From NCBI RefSeq assembly GCF_003367075.2, contig NZ_CP065936.1, forward strand, positions 600,001 through 632,000: a DNA stretch of 32,000 bases. Reading direction: 5' to 3'. Within the stretch, counting starts at the first letter, position 1; the number at the start of each line of letters is the position of its first letter. A program made the position numbers and the translations under genes. Of this stretch, positions 10,360 to 19,288 are shown piece by piece. Source of the stretch: Cylindrospermopsis raciborskii Cr2010. GTDB lineage: Bacteria; Cyanobacteriota; Cyanobacteriia; Cyanobacteriales; Nostocaceae. Under the pieces are notes generated by a model. The model worked only from the letters and a program-made list of their open reading frames with translations, did not search any database and had not been told where the DNA came from.

Positions 10360-11616
10360 TTATGTAGGGGTAGGATCCTGTAATACAGTTTTTGAGACAA
10401 TTTTGGTTTTCTTGCGATCGCTTGCTGATAAATCCTCTCCAGCTTGTAAACGAGTTGCAGAATTTTGTAGTACGGTCCCTGCATTAGCATCACCCATTTG
10501 CAAAGCTGTTTTTGCGGCCGCTTGTAACATAGTTGCTGCTCCCAAACGGTCTCCCTGCTGCAATCTATCTTCTGCTAACTGGGTTTGACGATACTTAGCT
10601 AAAGCCAGAATGTAATTTTGCACTTTTGGACTAATATTTTCTTGGTAGGTGCGTTCCACGTTCACATATAGTGGTAGATTTGGGGAATATAATCCGGTTT
10701 TGTCTACAGAAGGATCATCGTAACGTACTTGTACATTAGCGATCGCCTGTTGACCTTCGGGCAATTGTTCCAGATAAATATTAGTTAATATCACCCGTTC
10801 CACATCTTTCATTAAATCCCCTAATTTAACCCCAAACCGTCCATCTGGTTCCATTTGCACTGGTAATTCAATCGTATCTGGAGCCACCTGAGCAAAGGGT
10901 TTAAATTCAGCCAAACGCACATTTGGTGCTAGTGAAAGTAACAAATAAGCATTAGTCAACCCTACAGTTTGCATTCGCGTCAACAAGCTATCAAACTTGT
11001 CCATTGCCTGATCTGGGTGTTCAATATGAGATAAACTTCCCAGTCCAGCGTCAGAAATTTTCTCTAAAATATGTTGATTCCAATTATTGCCAAATCCCAA
11101 GGTGTTAACGGTCAAATTATAGTCAGCAGCTAACTGGGCAAATTTTAAACAGCGATTATTGTCACCATGTTCATTTTCGCCATCTGTGAGTAAAAAGGCC
11201 TGGGAAATAGTATCCTTTCTTCCCTTAGCCAACTCCTCGATTCCCAATCGCAATCCCTCATCAATAGATGTTCCCCCATTTGCTGACAGACGATTGATTT
11301 GTTGTTTAATGTGATCTCTATCTACAACATTTTGATTAGATAGTAATACTTCCGCTCGGTGATTAAACACTACAATGCTTAGTCTATCCTGATCCCTAAG
11401 TTTATCAACTAGCAACCAAGCAGCGCGTTTGACATTTTCCACAGGTTGGCCCTTCATGGAACCACTGTGGTCTAAAATCAAACATAGGTTTAAAGGAACT
11501 CTTGAATCTATAGTTTCTCCAATAGCGGAAACAGAGGTGGCCATCAGGCGTTGACTACCAGATTTACTAGCATCCACATTAGTATTATTGACACCGGGCT
11601 GCAAATTGACCTTCAT
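10360..11616 (-). CDS. VWA-domain protein (tandem paralog A)
   Basis: MIDAS-type DHSGSMKGQPVE motif. Same architecture and near-parallel C-terminus to the downstream ORF (TVLQNSATRLQAGEDLSASDRKKTKIVSKTVLQD versus TVLQSSATRLQNGEELSDAERKKTRIASKTILMD). Confidence 0.88.
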   Translation of the reverse strand: MKVNLQPGVNNTNVDASKSGSQRLMATSVSAIGETIDSRVPLNLCLILDHSGSMKGQPVENVKRAAWLLVDKLRDQDRLSIVVFNHRAEVLLSNQNVVDRDHIKQQINRLSANGGTSIDEGLRLGIEELAKGRKDTISQAFLLTDGENEHGDNNRCLKFAQLAADYNLTVNTLGFGNNWNQHILEKISDAGLGSLSHIEHPDQAMDKFDSLLTRMQTVGLTNAYLLLSLAPNVRLAEFKPFAQVAPDTIELPVQMEPDGRFGVKLGDLMKDVERVILTNIYLEQLPEGQQAIANVQVRYDDPSVDKTGLYSPNLPLYVNVERTYQENISPKVQNYILALAKYRQTQLAEDRLQQGDRLGAATMLQAAAKTALQMGDANAGTVLQNSATRLQAGEDLSASDRKKTKIVSKTVLQDPTPT

Positions 11617-11860
11617 AAACCATTATCCTAAACAGATTATAATAAATAATTTCACACTCAAGTAGATGTAATACGGAAAAGTGTGGGAGAAAGGCTCCAA
11701 TCAAACTCCGCTGCACAAGATAATTCTAACCTCGACTGAGCCGATCCACCATTAACTAAATCTTGGAACTAATCTTGGTCGGTAAATAATTCACTAATCT
11801 GAGGATCGCGCTAGGATGTAATACATACAGTTAAGAATATAGACTCAGGCAATTTAGTTC

Positions 11861-12550
11861 ATGGAAACTTCTCCCATCAAAGCTGTCCAAACCTCCTACT
11901 ACAGCGACAACTGGTACCGTACACCACCACCAGACCTGGCCTCCCTATTGCTAAAGGAAAGAATAGTTTATCTGGGCACACCCTTGGTTTCTCCAGATGA
12001 ATATAAACGCCAAATGGGGGTTGATGTCACCAAGTTGATTATTGCCCAACTACTGTATCTCAAATTTGACAACCCAGACAAACCCATCTTTTTCTACATC
12101 AACTCTACAGGTACATCTTGGTACACTGGAGATGCTATTGGCTATGAAACGGAAGCCTTTGCCATTTGTGATACCATAGACTACATTAAGACTCCTGTAC
12201 ATACTATCTGTATTGGTCAGGCCATAGGTACAGCAGCACTTATTCTCTCCTGTGGGACTAAAGGGTTTCGTGCCAGTTTGCCCCATGCTACAATAGTTCT
12301 CAATCAACCTCGTAGCGGTACAAGAGGTCAGGCTACGGATATTCAAATTTATGCCAAGGAAGTCCTGGCCAACAAAGCAGCAATTCTAGACATTTTCTCC
12401 AAAAACACGGGACAGCAACCGGAAAAAATCTCTAAGGATATGGAAAGAATGTTCTATTTGACTCCACAAGCTGCCAAAGAATACGGTTTAATAGACCGTG
12501 TTTTAGAAAGTATGAAGGATTTGCCTAAACCCCTGCCCATCCCTGTTTAG
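11861..12550 (+). CDS. clpR: ClpR, catalytically inactive ClpP-family subunit
   Basis: ClpP fold motifs, but the catalytic Ser region reads GQAIGTAALIL (no SMG) and the His position reads VLNQP instead of IHQP. Confidence 0.88.
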   Translation: METSPIKAVQTSYYSDNWYRTPPPDLASLLLKERIVYLGTPLVSPDEYKRQMGVDVTKLIIAQLLYLKFDNPDKPIFFYINSTGTSWYTGDAIGYETEAFAICDTIDYIKTPVHTICIGQAIGTAALILSCGTKGFRASLPHATIVLNQPRSGTRGQATDIQIYAKEVLANKAAILDIFSKNTGQQPEKISKDMERMFYLTPQAAKEYGLIDRVLESMKDLPKPLPIPV

Positions 12551-12604
12551 CACGAAAATAACCCCAATTGCTGCCCACATCTCTAGTCGTTTTTTCTTAC
12601 CCGT

Positions 12605-13249
12605 ATGTCCGTTAATGCCGCCCTCCGAGTCCCCTATAACATTCCCGGTAGTAATTCCTGGCAATGGGTAAATATATACACCCGTATGGCTCAGGAACGA
12701 ATTTTGTTTTTGAATCAGCCACTCACCACCGATCTGGCCAATTCTCTCATTTCTTCCCTGCTGTATCTTGACTCAGAGGACTCAAGCAAACCTGTCTACC
12801 TCTACATCAACTCTTTTGGTGATCCTGTTATGGCTGGTATGATTAGTGAGATGGCGGGAATGGAGTCCACTAATGCTTGTTTGGCAATTTATGATACTAT
12901 CCAACACGTTAAATCAGAAATTGTTACCATTTGCTTAGGACAAGCTGTATCCATGGCTGCTTTGTTGCTTTCCTCTGGTGCCAAGGGCAAACGGGTGAGT
13001 CTACCCCATTGCAGTATTGCTTTGGCACAGTTCCGCAGCGCTACCCGGGGTCAAGCTACGGATATTCAAGTGAATGCACAGGAGGTTCTACGCAAAAAAT
13101 CCCTGATTCTAGATATTTTTTCCCATAATACTGGACAGTCTCGCGAAAAAATCGCTCAGGATAGTGAGCGTATTTTTTACATGACCCCTCCAGAAGCTAG
13201 GGAATATGGGTTAATTGATCATGTCTTAGAAAATACTAAGCAGCTATAA
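12605..13249 (+). CDS. Second ClpP-family subunit, catalytic His missing (ClpR-like)
   Basis: LGQAVSMAALLL retains Ser, but the position of catalytic His reads IALAQF. It carries an insertion after the SFGDPVMAG region relative to the canonical ClpP at 13297. Confidence 0.85.
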   Translation: MSVNAALRVPYNIPGSNSWQWVNIYTRMAQERILFLNQPLTTDLANSLISSLLYLDSEDSSKPVYLYINSFGDPVMAGMISEMAGMESTNACLAIYDTIQHVKSEIVTICLGQAVSMAALLLSSGAKGKRVSLPHCSIALAQFRSATRGQATDIQVNAQEVLRKKSLILDIFSHNTGQSREKIAQDSERIFYMTPPEAREYGLIDHVLENTKQL

Positions 13250-13296
13250 CCCACAGATAAAGTACATCTAAACCCTAATTATTCTATTAAACCGTC

Positions 13297-13881
13297 ATGC
13301 CCATTGGTATTCCCAAGGTTCCCTATCGTCTTCCTGGTAGTAATTACGAGCAATGGATTGATCTAGAGGATCGTCTATTTCGGGAGCGAATTATTTTCCT
13401 CACTGAAGAGGTGGATGATGGTATAGCTAATGCCATTGTTGCCTATCTACTTTACTTAGATTCCGATGATCAGACTAAGCCGATTTACCTGTATATCAAT
13501 TCCCCTGGTGGATCTGTAACTGCAGGAATGGCAATTTATGATACTATACAGTACATTAAATCGGAAGTCGTTACAATTTGTGTTGGTTTAGCTGCTTCCA
13601 TGGGATCATTCCTCCTAGCTGCTGGAGCGAAGGGTAAACGTTTAGCTCTACCCCATTCCCGAATTATGATTCACCAACCTTCCGGTGGTACTCGTGGCCA
13701 AGCTTCTGACATTGAAATCGAAGCTAGGGAAATTCTACGTATCCGTCATCAGCTCAACCAAATTTATGCTGACAATACTGGTCAAGTCCTATCTAAAATT
13801 GAAAAGGATATGGATAGGGATTTCTTTATGTCAGCCCAAGAAGCCAAAGAATATGGTTTAATTGACCGTGTGATCGAATAA
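13297..13881 (+). CDS. clpP: ATP-dependent Clp protease proteolytic subunit (catalytic)
   Basis: Canonical [11 protein letters not shown] (Ser), RIMIHQP (His) and EYGLIDRV (Asp). Confidence 0.95.
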   Translation: MPIGIPKVPYRLPGSNYEQWIDLEDRLFRERIIFLTEEVDDGIANAIVAYLLYLDSDDQTKPIYLYINSPGGSVTAGMAIYDTIQYIKSEVVTICVGLAASMGSFLLAAGAKGKRLALPHSRIMIHQPSGGTRGQASDIEIEAREILRIRHQLNQIYADNTGQVLSKIEKDMDRDFFMSAQEAKEYGLIDRVIE

Positions 13882-13927
13882 ACCACTTGGGGAATGGGGA
13901 CTTTACAACACCGGGGGTAAATTTGCT

Positions 13928-15142
13928 GTGTTAAACTACGATGTGATTGTCTGTGGAGCAGGTCCAGCCGGTACAACGGCAGCATGGATGGCAGCTAAAA
14001 CAGGACTTAAAGTAGCGCTAATTGAAAAGTACCCTCTACCACGTCACAAGACATGCGGTGGAGGAATGCCTGCTGTATTAGGGAATCTATTACCTGATTT
14101 AGTCCCGGAAGCAGTAGTGGCTTGTCAAGTCAACTATATGCGGCACACATGGAAGTTTGACCATCCAATTTTAGGTGCAATTAACCCACCGGGGAGCGAA
14201 CCAGAATTCAAGTTGTGGATGGTGCAGCGTTCAGTATTTGATAATGCCTTAGCGCGACAAGCAGCACAAGCAGGAGCGGATTTACGGGATGGACTAGCAG
14301 TTAAGTCTTTAGAAATTGACTCCCATGGTGTCATTGTTCGTGCCCGATCTTTTAAGAGTGATAGTGGAATAGGAGGGGGGGAATTTGTAGCTTATGCTCC
14401 TTATGTGATTGGAGCAGACGGAGCTAATGGGATCACAGCCAAAATAGCTAACTTGAGACGAGAGAGGACCATGGCCCTGGCCATGGAGGTGGAATACCCT
14501 TATAATTGGACGCAGGATCACCCCAAGGATCTACGTCCAGATGTGATCCACTTGGAATACGGTGCTGTTCCTAATGGCTATGGGTGGATCTTCCCGAAAG
14601 AAGACCATTTGAATGTGGGGGCGGGACTGTTTCGACCCGATCGCCGTGACTGTCGTAGTGACCACAGCATTCGTGACCAGCTCCAGCAGGCTATCTGTCA
14701 GTATCTAGACTTTATGGATATCTCTTACAACCCAGAATTAATCCGTTTTCATGGTCATCCTTTACCCATATGGGATGGTAGGGAAAAATGCCACACTCCT
14801 GATGGCAAAATTCTTTTAGCTGGGGATGCTGCGGGACTAATTAATCCCTTTTTTGGGGACGGAATTTTACATGCGGTTAAAAGTGGAATGCTTGCAGCTG
14901 AGTGCGTTGCTACAAACACCACTTCTAGTTATACCCAGCGAATTCACCATGAGTTTGCTGCTAACTTTGACGCGGCACTGCAAATGGCGCGATTTTACTA
15001 TCAATGGCCTCACTTTTGCTACCAGCAAATAGTTACTCGCCCCACCGCCACCCATATTGCCGCTCGTTTGCTCTATGGAGAAACTCCTTTCCATCAAATT
15101 GCGGAGCGAATGATAGGCAAAATGGGCGGTTTGATGTTTTAG
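13928..15142 (+). CDS. Geranylgeranyl reductase-family FAD-dependent oxidoreductase
   Basis: YDVIVCGAGPAGTTAAWMAAKTGLKVALIEKYPLPRHKTCGGG and LLAGDAAGLINPFFGDGI. Confidence 0.87.
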   Translation: MLNYDVIVCGAGPAGTTAAWMAAKTGLKVALIEKYPLPRHKTCGGGMPAVLGNLLPDLVPEAVVACQVNYMRHTWKFDHPILGAINPPGSEPEFKLWMVQRSVFDNALARQAAQAGADLRDGLAVKSLEIDSHGVIVRARSFKSDSGIGGGEFVAYAPYVIGADGANGITAKIANLRRERTMALAMEVEYPYNWTQDHPKDLRPDVIHLEYGAVPNGYGWIFPKEDHLNVGAGLFRPDRRDCRSDHSIRDQLQQAICQYLDFMDISYNPELIRFHGHPLPIWDGREKCHTPDGKILLAGDAAGLINPFFGDGILHAVKSGMLAAECVATNTTSSYTQRIHHEFAANFDAALQMARFYYQWPHFCYQQIVTRPTATHIAARLLYGETPFHQIAERMIGKMGGLMF

Positions 15143-15190
15143 TACAATAGTAGAACTATTTAGGATTTGTTTATATTATATATGAGTATT

Positions 15191-15211
15191 CCCCGTACCT
15201 TCCGGTCGGGG
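15191..15211. terminator. Candidate bidirectional terminator hairpin between convergent genes
   Basis: CCCCG-t-ACC-TTCC-GGT-CGGGG, 8 bp with one bulge and a TTCC loop, between the 15142 stop (+) and the rpsU stop (-). Confidence 0.5.
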
Positions 15212-15228
15212 AGTGCTTCAAACCGCTA

Positions 15229-15423
15229 CTACTTCAAGCGAGTTCTTTGCTGACGACGTTGCTTGTGTCTAGCTATTGCTTTTCGCTTTTCTTTTTCTAA
15301 TGGGGTTTCAAAATGACGGTTTTTGCGCATGTCCTGGAAAATTCCCGCTTTGGAAACTTCCCGCTTAAACCTACGCAAAGCTGACTCAATTCCTTCATTT
15401 TCCCCTAAAACTACTTGTGTCAT
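15229..15423 (-). CDS. rpsU: 30S ribosomal protein S21 (64-aa paralog)
   Basis: [55 protein letters not shown]. Confidence 0.95.
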   Translation of the reverse strand: MTQVVLGENEGIESALRRFKREVSKAGIFQDMRKNRHFETPLEKEKRKAIARHKQRRQQRTRLK

Positions 15424-15561
15424 TATTGTTGCTCCTTTTTAGTTAATACTTACAAACTAGACAGTAAAAATGCCGAAGGCAAGTTCTAACAGGTACTGAA
15501 CTGAGTCCATAACCTTTACAACCCCATATTTAAAAATCTTTCCTTACAGGATTAATCAGGA

Positions 15562-15873
15562 TTAATAACGACGGTCGCGACCACCACCGCCAGAACGTCC
15601 TCCTCCCCAAGTACCCTGGGAAGATCTTTCTTCACGGGGTCTAGCCTTGTTTACTTTTAGTTGTCTACCCATCCATTCTGCACCATTTAAAGCATCAATT
15701 GCTGCGTTCTCTTCAGCTTCACTGGACATATCTACAAAACCAAACCCCCGTGGACGACCTGTTTCCTTATCAGTAGGTAGCTGCACTTTGCTCACGTTGC
15801 CATATTTAGAGAAAGCACTTTTCAGATCTTCTAATGTCACATCATAGGACAGGTTTCCAACATAAATCGACAT
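15562..15873 (-). CDS. RRM-type RNA-binding protein (cyanobacterial Rbp)
   Basis: [25 protein letters not shown] (RNP2) and [10 protein letters not shown] (RNP1), with a Gly/Arg-rich tail. The internal Met at 15873 is a more likely start than 15891. Confidence 0.93.
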   Translation of the reverse strand: MSIYVGNLSYDVTLEDLKSAFSKYGNVSKVQLPTDKETGRPRGFGFVDMSSEAEENAAIDALNGAEWMGRQLKVNKARPREERSSQGTWGGGRSGGGGRDRRY

Positions 15874-16049
15874 AAAGTAATGGTCTCCCAAACCGACAGT
15901 GTAGAGAGTTAGATTCGGAGAGACGCATTAAAGTAATTTTAAAACGAATTACTCAACCGAAAATAATTCTTTTATCCGTAAGTATAGCATAGTTTTTGGC
16001 GATGAACTTAAAAATGAGTAACATTTTCTCAAAAAGTTTTGCTTTAGTG

Positions 16050-16901
16050 CTATGTTGCAAATTCAGTTAATATTTCTTTGGCTTTCTGGGATAGTATTTC
16101 ATGTTCCGGAAAGTTACTAGCCAGTAAACAACCCCATTGGTTCACATCACCGGTGTTATATTCTAAGGGACTGCCATCTAAATGAGTAAATTTACCTCCT
16201 GCTTCCGTTAAAATTAGTTCGGGAGCAGCTATATCCCAGTCCTTGGGGGCGGACTTACCGGAGAGGGAAATGTAAACGTCTGCTTGTGCTTCAACAATAG
16301 CGGTCACTTTGCAACCCACACTACCAATAGCTTTTTGTTGTTTACAAGGAAGATTTGCCAGTAAATATTCTAACCTCTCATTTCTGTGAGAACGGGTGAC
16401 TACCAGAATTAAATCTTCTATTGTTTTGTTGTTAGTTACTTTTAGTTGCTGGCAGCCATTGGCTGTTTCCATAAAAGTACCACCACCTTTGGTAGCATAA
16501 TAGATTTTTTCTGCTTCTGGTATAGCTACAACTGCTAAAATTGCTCTGTTGTTTTGTACTAAAGCAATATGTAGGGCATATTCTCCGGTTTTACCAATAA
16601 AATCCTTTGTCCCATCTAGGGGGTCTATAATCCAAACCAATTCTGCAGGGTGTTGACCCGGTTGACTTTTATAAGTTTCTTCACAGATATAACCAAATTT
16701 TTCTTGACCAAAAGCTGCTTGCAACCGTGAGAGTATGTACTCACTAACTGCCAGATCTGCTATGGTTACAGGAGCATCCTGTTCATATTTAATATCTAGG
16801 TTTCCATCCCCCACGGTTCCCCGATAATAGGACCTGAGTAGGTTGGCTGCTCCCCAGCTGACTCCACGAGTGATTTTTAGTATGTGTTGTAAATCGATCA
16901 C
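16050..16901 (-). CDS. Inositol monophosphatase / 3'(2'),5'-bisphosphate nucleotidase (CysQ-like) family
   Basis: WIIDPLDGTKDFIGKTGEYALHIAL and KDWDIAAPELILTEAGG. Likely GTG start at 16901 preceded by GGAGG; overlaps the upstream stop as GTGA. Confidence 0.88.
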   Translation of the reverse strand: MIDLQHILKITRGVSWGAANLLRSYYRGTVGDGNLDIKYEQDAPVTIADLAVSEYILSRLQAAFGQEKFGYICEETYKSQPGQHPAELVWIIDPLDGTKDFIGKTGEYALHIALVQNNRAILAVVAIPEAEKIYYATKGGGTFMETANGCQQLKVTNNKTIEDLILVVTRSHRNERLEYLLANLPCKQQKAIGSVGCKVTAIVEAQADVYISLSGKSAPKDWDIAAPELILTEAGGKFTHLDGSPLEYNTGDVNQWGCLLASNFPEHEILSQKAKEILTEFAT

Positions 16902-17764
16902 GGTTTTTGCTCCTCCATCCACCGCCGTGTGCCAAATAGTTCACAGGATTTAGCTGCAATTTGACTGGCTAATGCCAAGGCCATGGTAAAACTAGATTGT
17001 AGAATGTAATGGCAAAAAGCACCATGGAAAATATCTCCAGCGCCCAAGGTGTCAACAGTTTTGATTTGAGGTACATGGATAGAACCTGTTTGACCAATGC
17101 TATAATACTCTATAGGTTTTTCTCCTTGGGTGATTGCTATATAGGGAATGTTAAATCCCATGAGATAGGTAAAAATATCTTGACGGGTTTCACATGGAGG
17201 AGGTTGAAAGTTGGCTGAACAAATGGCATAGTCGATATAGGGCAAAATTTCTTCCAGTCCTTCTTTCCAGCTACCTCCATCCATGACAATGGGAATGTTC
17301 TGATTTTTGGCCTTCATGACGAGGGTTTTACTGGCAACCATTTGATGTCCATCAATTAAAATTAGATCTATACCCTCTAATATGTTGCTGGGAATTGAGC
17401 TGATCTCCCCAGGACTTTTGACCGCATTCAGGGAAATTACTGCCCGCTCCCCTGTTTGTTGGGTAACAATAATTGAGGATACGGGAGGCGGTGTGTTTTT
17501 ATGAGGATCTAAGTCGATTATTTTGACTTCATAGTTGGCTAAGTCTGTGCTAATTAATTTTGTCAGATGATGGGAACCTAAAACACCTAAAATTGTAGAG
17601 TTATTATCTAGATAACTAAATGTAACGGAAGCGTTGGTTGCAGGCCCACCAGCTGCTACAGTATAGTCCATGGCAACTAATTTTTGATTATTCTTAGGTG
17701 GTGATTCGGCTAGATAAATTAGGTCCAGGGTGATTAAACCAATAAATAAAGCGGATTTTTTCAT
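16898..17764 (-). CDS. PfkB-family carbohydrate kinase
   Basis: N-terminal AAGGPATNASVTFSYLDN and C-terminal VDTLGAGDIFHGAFCHY signatures. Confidence 0.9.
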   Translation of the reverse strand: MKKSALFIGLITLDLIYLAESPPKNNQKLVAMDYTVAAGGPATNASVTFSYLDNNSTILGVLGSHHLTKLISTDLANYEVKIIDLDPHKNTPPPVSSIIVTQQTGERAVISLNAVKSPGEISSIPSNILEGIDLILIDGHQMVASKTLVMKAKNQNIPIVMDGGSWKEGLEEILPYIDYAICSANFQPPPCETRQDIFTYLMGFNIPYIAITQGEKPIEYYSIGQTGSIHVPQIKTVDTLGAGDIFHGAFCHYILQSSFTMALALASQIAAKSCELFGTRRWMEEQKP

Positions 17765-17825
17765 CGGAAATCATAGGTTGTAAACCTGTTGATGGATAAA
17801 TATGAAATTTGGGTAAGCATTCTCA

Positions 17826-18692
17826 ATGAAATTTATGCAAGCTGAACCGAAACCAGGAACATTATATATCGTTGGTACTCCCATTGGAAATTTGGAGGAT
17901 ATGACCTTTCGGGCGGTACGAATTTTACAAGCTGTGGACATAATCGCAGCGGAAGATACTAGACATACAGGCAAATTATTACAGCATTTTCAAGTTCACA
18001 CCCCCCAAATCAGTTATCACGAACATAATCGCACTGGCCGCATTCCCGAAATTTTGACCTACCTACATTATGGTAAGGCGATCGCCTTGGTCAGTGATGC
18101 GGGAATGCCAGGAATTTCTGACCCGGGTCATGAGTTAATTACAGCTTGTGTAGCTGCAGGAATTGATGTTGTTCCCATTCCCGGTGCTACGGCGGCTATT
18201 ACGGCTTTAAGTGTTTCTGGATTGGCAACAAGTAAGTTTGTTTTTGATGGATTTTTACCAGCTAAGCGTCAGCATAGGCGAGAATATTTGGCAACCTTAT
18301 TAACGGAAACTAGAACTTTGGTGTTTTATGAATCACCCCATCGGTTAAGGGAGACACTGGAGGATTTGGGAGAGATTCTAGGTGGAAGTAGAACCATGGT
18401 GATGGCTAGGGAATTAACTAAATTATATGAGGAAATTTGGCGAGGAGACATAAAAGAGGCGATCGCCTATTACCGGGAAAAGGATCCCCAGGGGGAATAT
18501 ACTTTAGTAGTGGGGGGAGCATCACCAAGTCAACCTGAAATTACAGAAGCTCAACTGAGGGCTGAACTTTTAGAAATAATCAAACAGGGAGTGTCTCGCT
18601 CCCAGGCCAGCAGACAGTTGGCTCAAGAAACTTCTATTTCTCGCCGTTATTTGTACCAGTTAGCACTTTCTATTGACCAAGAGGGTGTTTGA
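17826..18692 (+). CDS. rsmI: 16S rRNA (cytidine-2'-O)-methyltransferase
   Basis: GTLYIVGTPIGNLEDMTFRAVRILQAVDIIAAEDTRHTGKLLQHF and ALVSDAGMPGISDPG. Confidence 0.96.
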   Translation: MKFMQAEPKPGTLYIVGTPIGNLEDMTFRAVRILQAVDIIAAEDTRHTGKLLQHFQVHTPQISYHEHNRTGRIPEILTYLHYGKAIALVSDAGMPGISDPGHELITACVAAGIDVVPIPGATAAITALSVSGLATSKFVFDGFLPAKRQHRREYLATLLTETRTLVFYESPHRLRETLEDLGEILGGSRTMVMARELTKLYEEIWRGDIKEAIAYYREKDPQGEYTLVVGGASPSQPEITEAQLRAELLEIIKQGVSRSQASRQLAQETSISRRYLYQLALSIDQEGV

Positions 18693-18771
18693 AACCAGTT
18701 TGCAACCAGCTCGCTAGGTTTGGGGGTAATATGACTATGGATATTATTGATAAATTGAGGACAGAGCAAGA

Positions 18772-18951
18772 ATGACCCAAGTGGTTCTAGGAGAAAACGA
18801 AGGAATAGATTCAGCCCTACGTCGGTTCAAACGCCAGGTTTCTAAAGCTGGTATTTTAGCTGACGTTAAGTATCATCGTCACTTTGAGACCCCCCTGGAA
18901 AAGCGCAAACGGAAAGCTGTGGCCGCCAGACGGAAACGCCGTTTTAAATAA
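18772..18951 (+). CDS. rpsU: 30S ribosomal protein S21 (59-aa paralog, missed by the ORF track length cutoff)
   Basis: Manual translation gives [59 protein letters not shown] (180 nt, TAA at 18949-18951). Confidence 0.95.
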   Translation: MTQVVLGENEGIDSALRRFKRQVSKAGILADVKYHRHFETPLEKRKRKAVAARRKRRFK

Positions 18952-18967
18952 GTTTATTATATAGCCC

Positions 18968-19022
18968 ACCTGCGATGCACCCTCAGTGGATGCCGCAGGT
19001 TAGCTTGTTGTGTAATACACAA
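18968..19022. terminator. Double stem-loop downstream of the short rpsU, candidate terminator
   Basis: ACCTGC...GCAGGT outer stem with internal CAC...GTG (18968..19000), followed by a perfect TTGTGT-AAT-ACACAA hairpin (19008..19022) and ATTT. Confidence 0.5.
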
Positions 19023-19024
19023 AT

Positions 19025-19219
19025 TTAAAAGCGCCACCATTTTGTTTGTAAGTAACTTAAAACACCAATTGCGATCGCCCCCAAAAATAATAGTCCAATG
19101 ACACCACCGGGTAGAAAAGTAATAATTCGTAAACCCCTAAGTATGAACAGGGCTATTCCCATACCTATAAGGATACCCACAAACTGAGTTAACTGACGAT
19201 TGAAAGAAGATTGTTTCAC
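19025..19219 (-). CDS. Small membrane protein, conserved-looking hypothetical
   Basis: 64 aa with two hydrophobic segments (FVGILIGMGIALFILRGL and GGVIGLLFLGAIAIGVLSYL). Confidence 0.6.
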   Translation of the reverse strand: MKQSSFNRQLTQFVGILIGMGIALFILRGLRIITFLPGGVIGLLFLGAIAIGVLSYLQTKWWRF

Positions 19220-19288
19220 TTAACTATATCCTGAAACTGATTCTGCTCAAATCATATCCAGAAAATCCACTCAGCAGACTGTAATTAA

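Noticed and set aside
11617-11860. Possible small RNA or mobile-element scar between the VWA genes and clpR
   Set aside because: AT-rich intergenic DNA without a clear hairpin, terminal repeat or target duplication; best read as a divergent promoter region.
13782-15097. - strand ORFs overlapping clpP and the geranylgeranyl-reductase-like gene
   Set aside because: Opposite-strand ORFs over clear coding sequence, no support.
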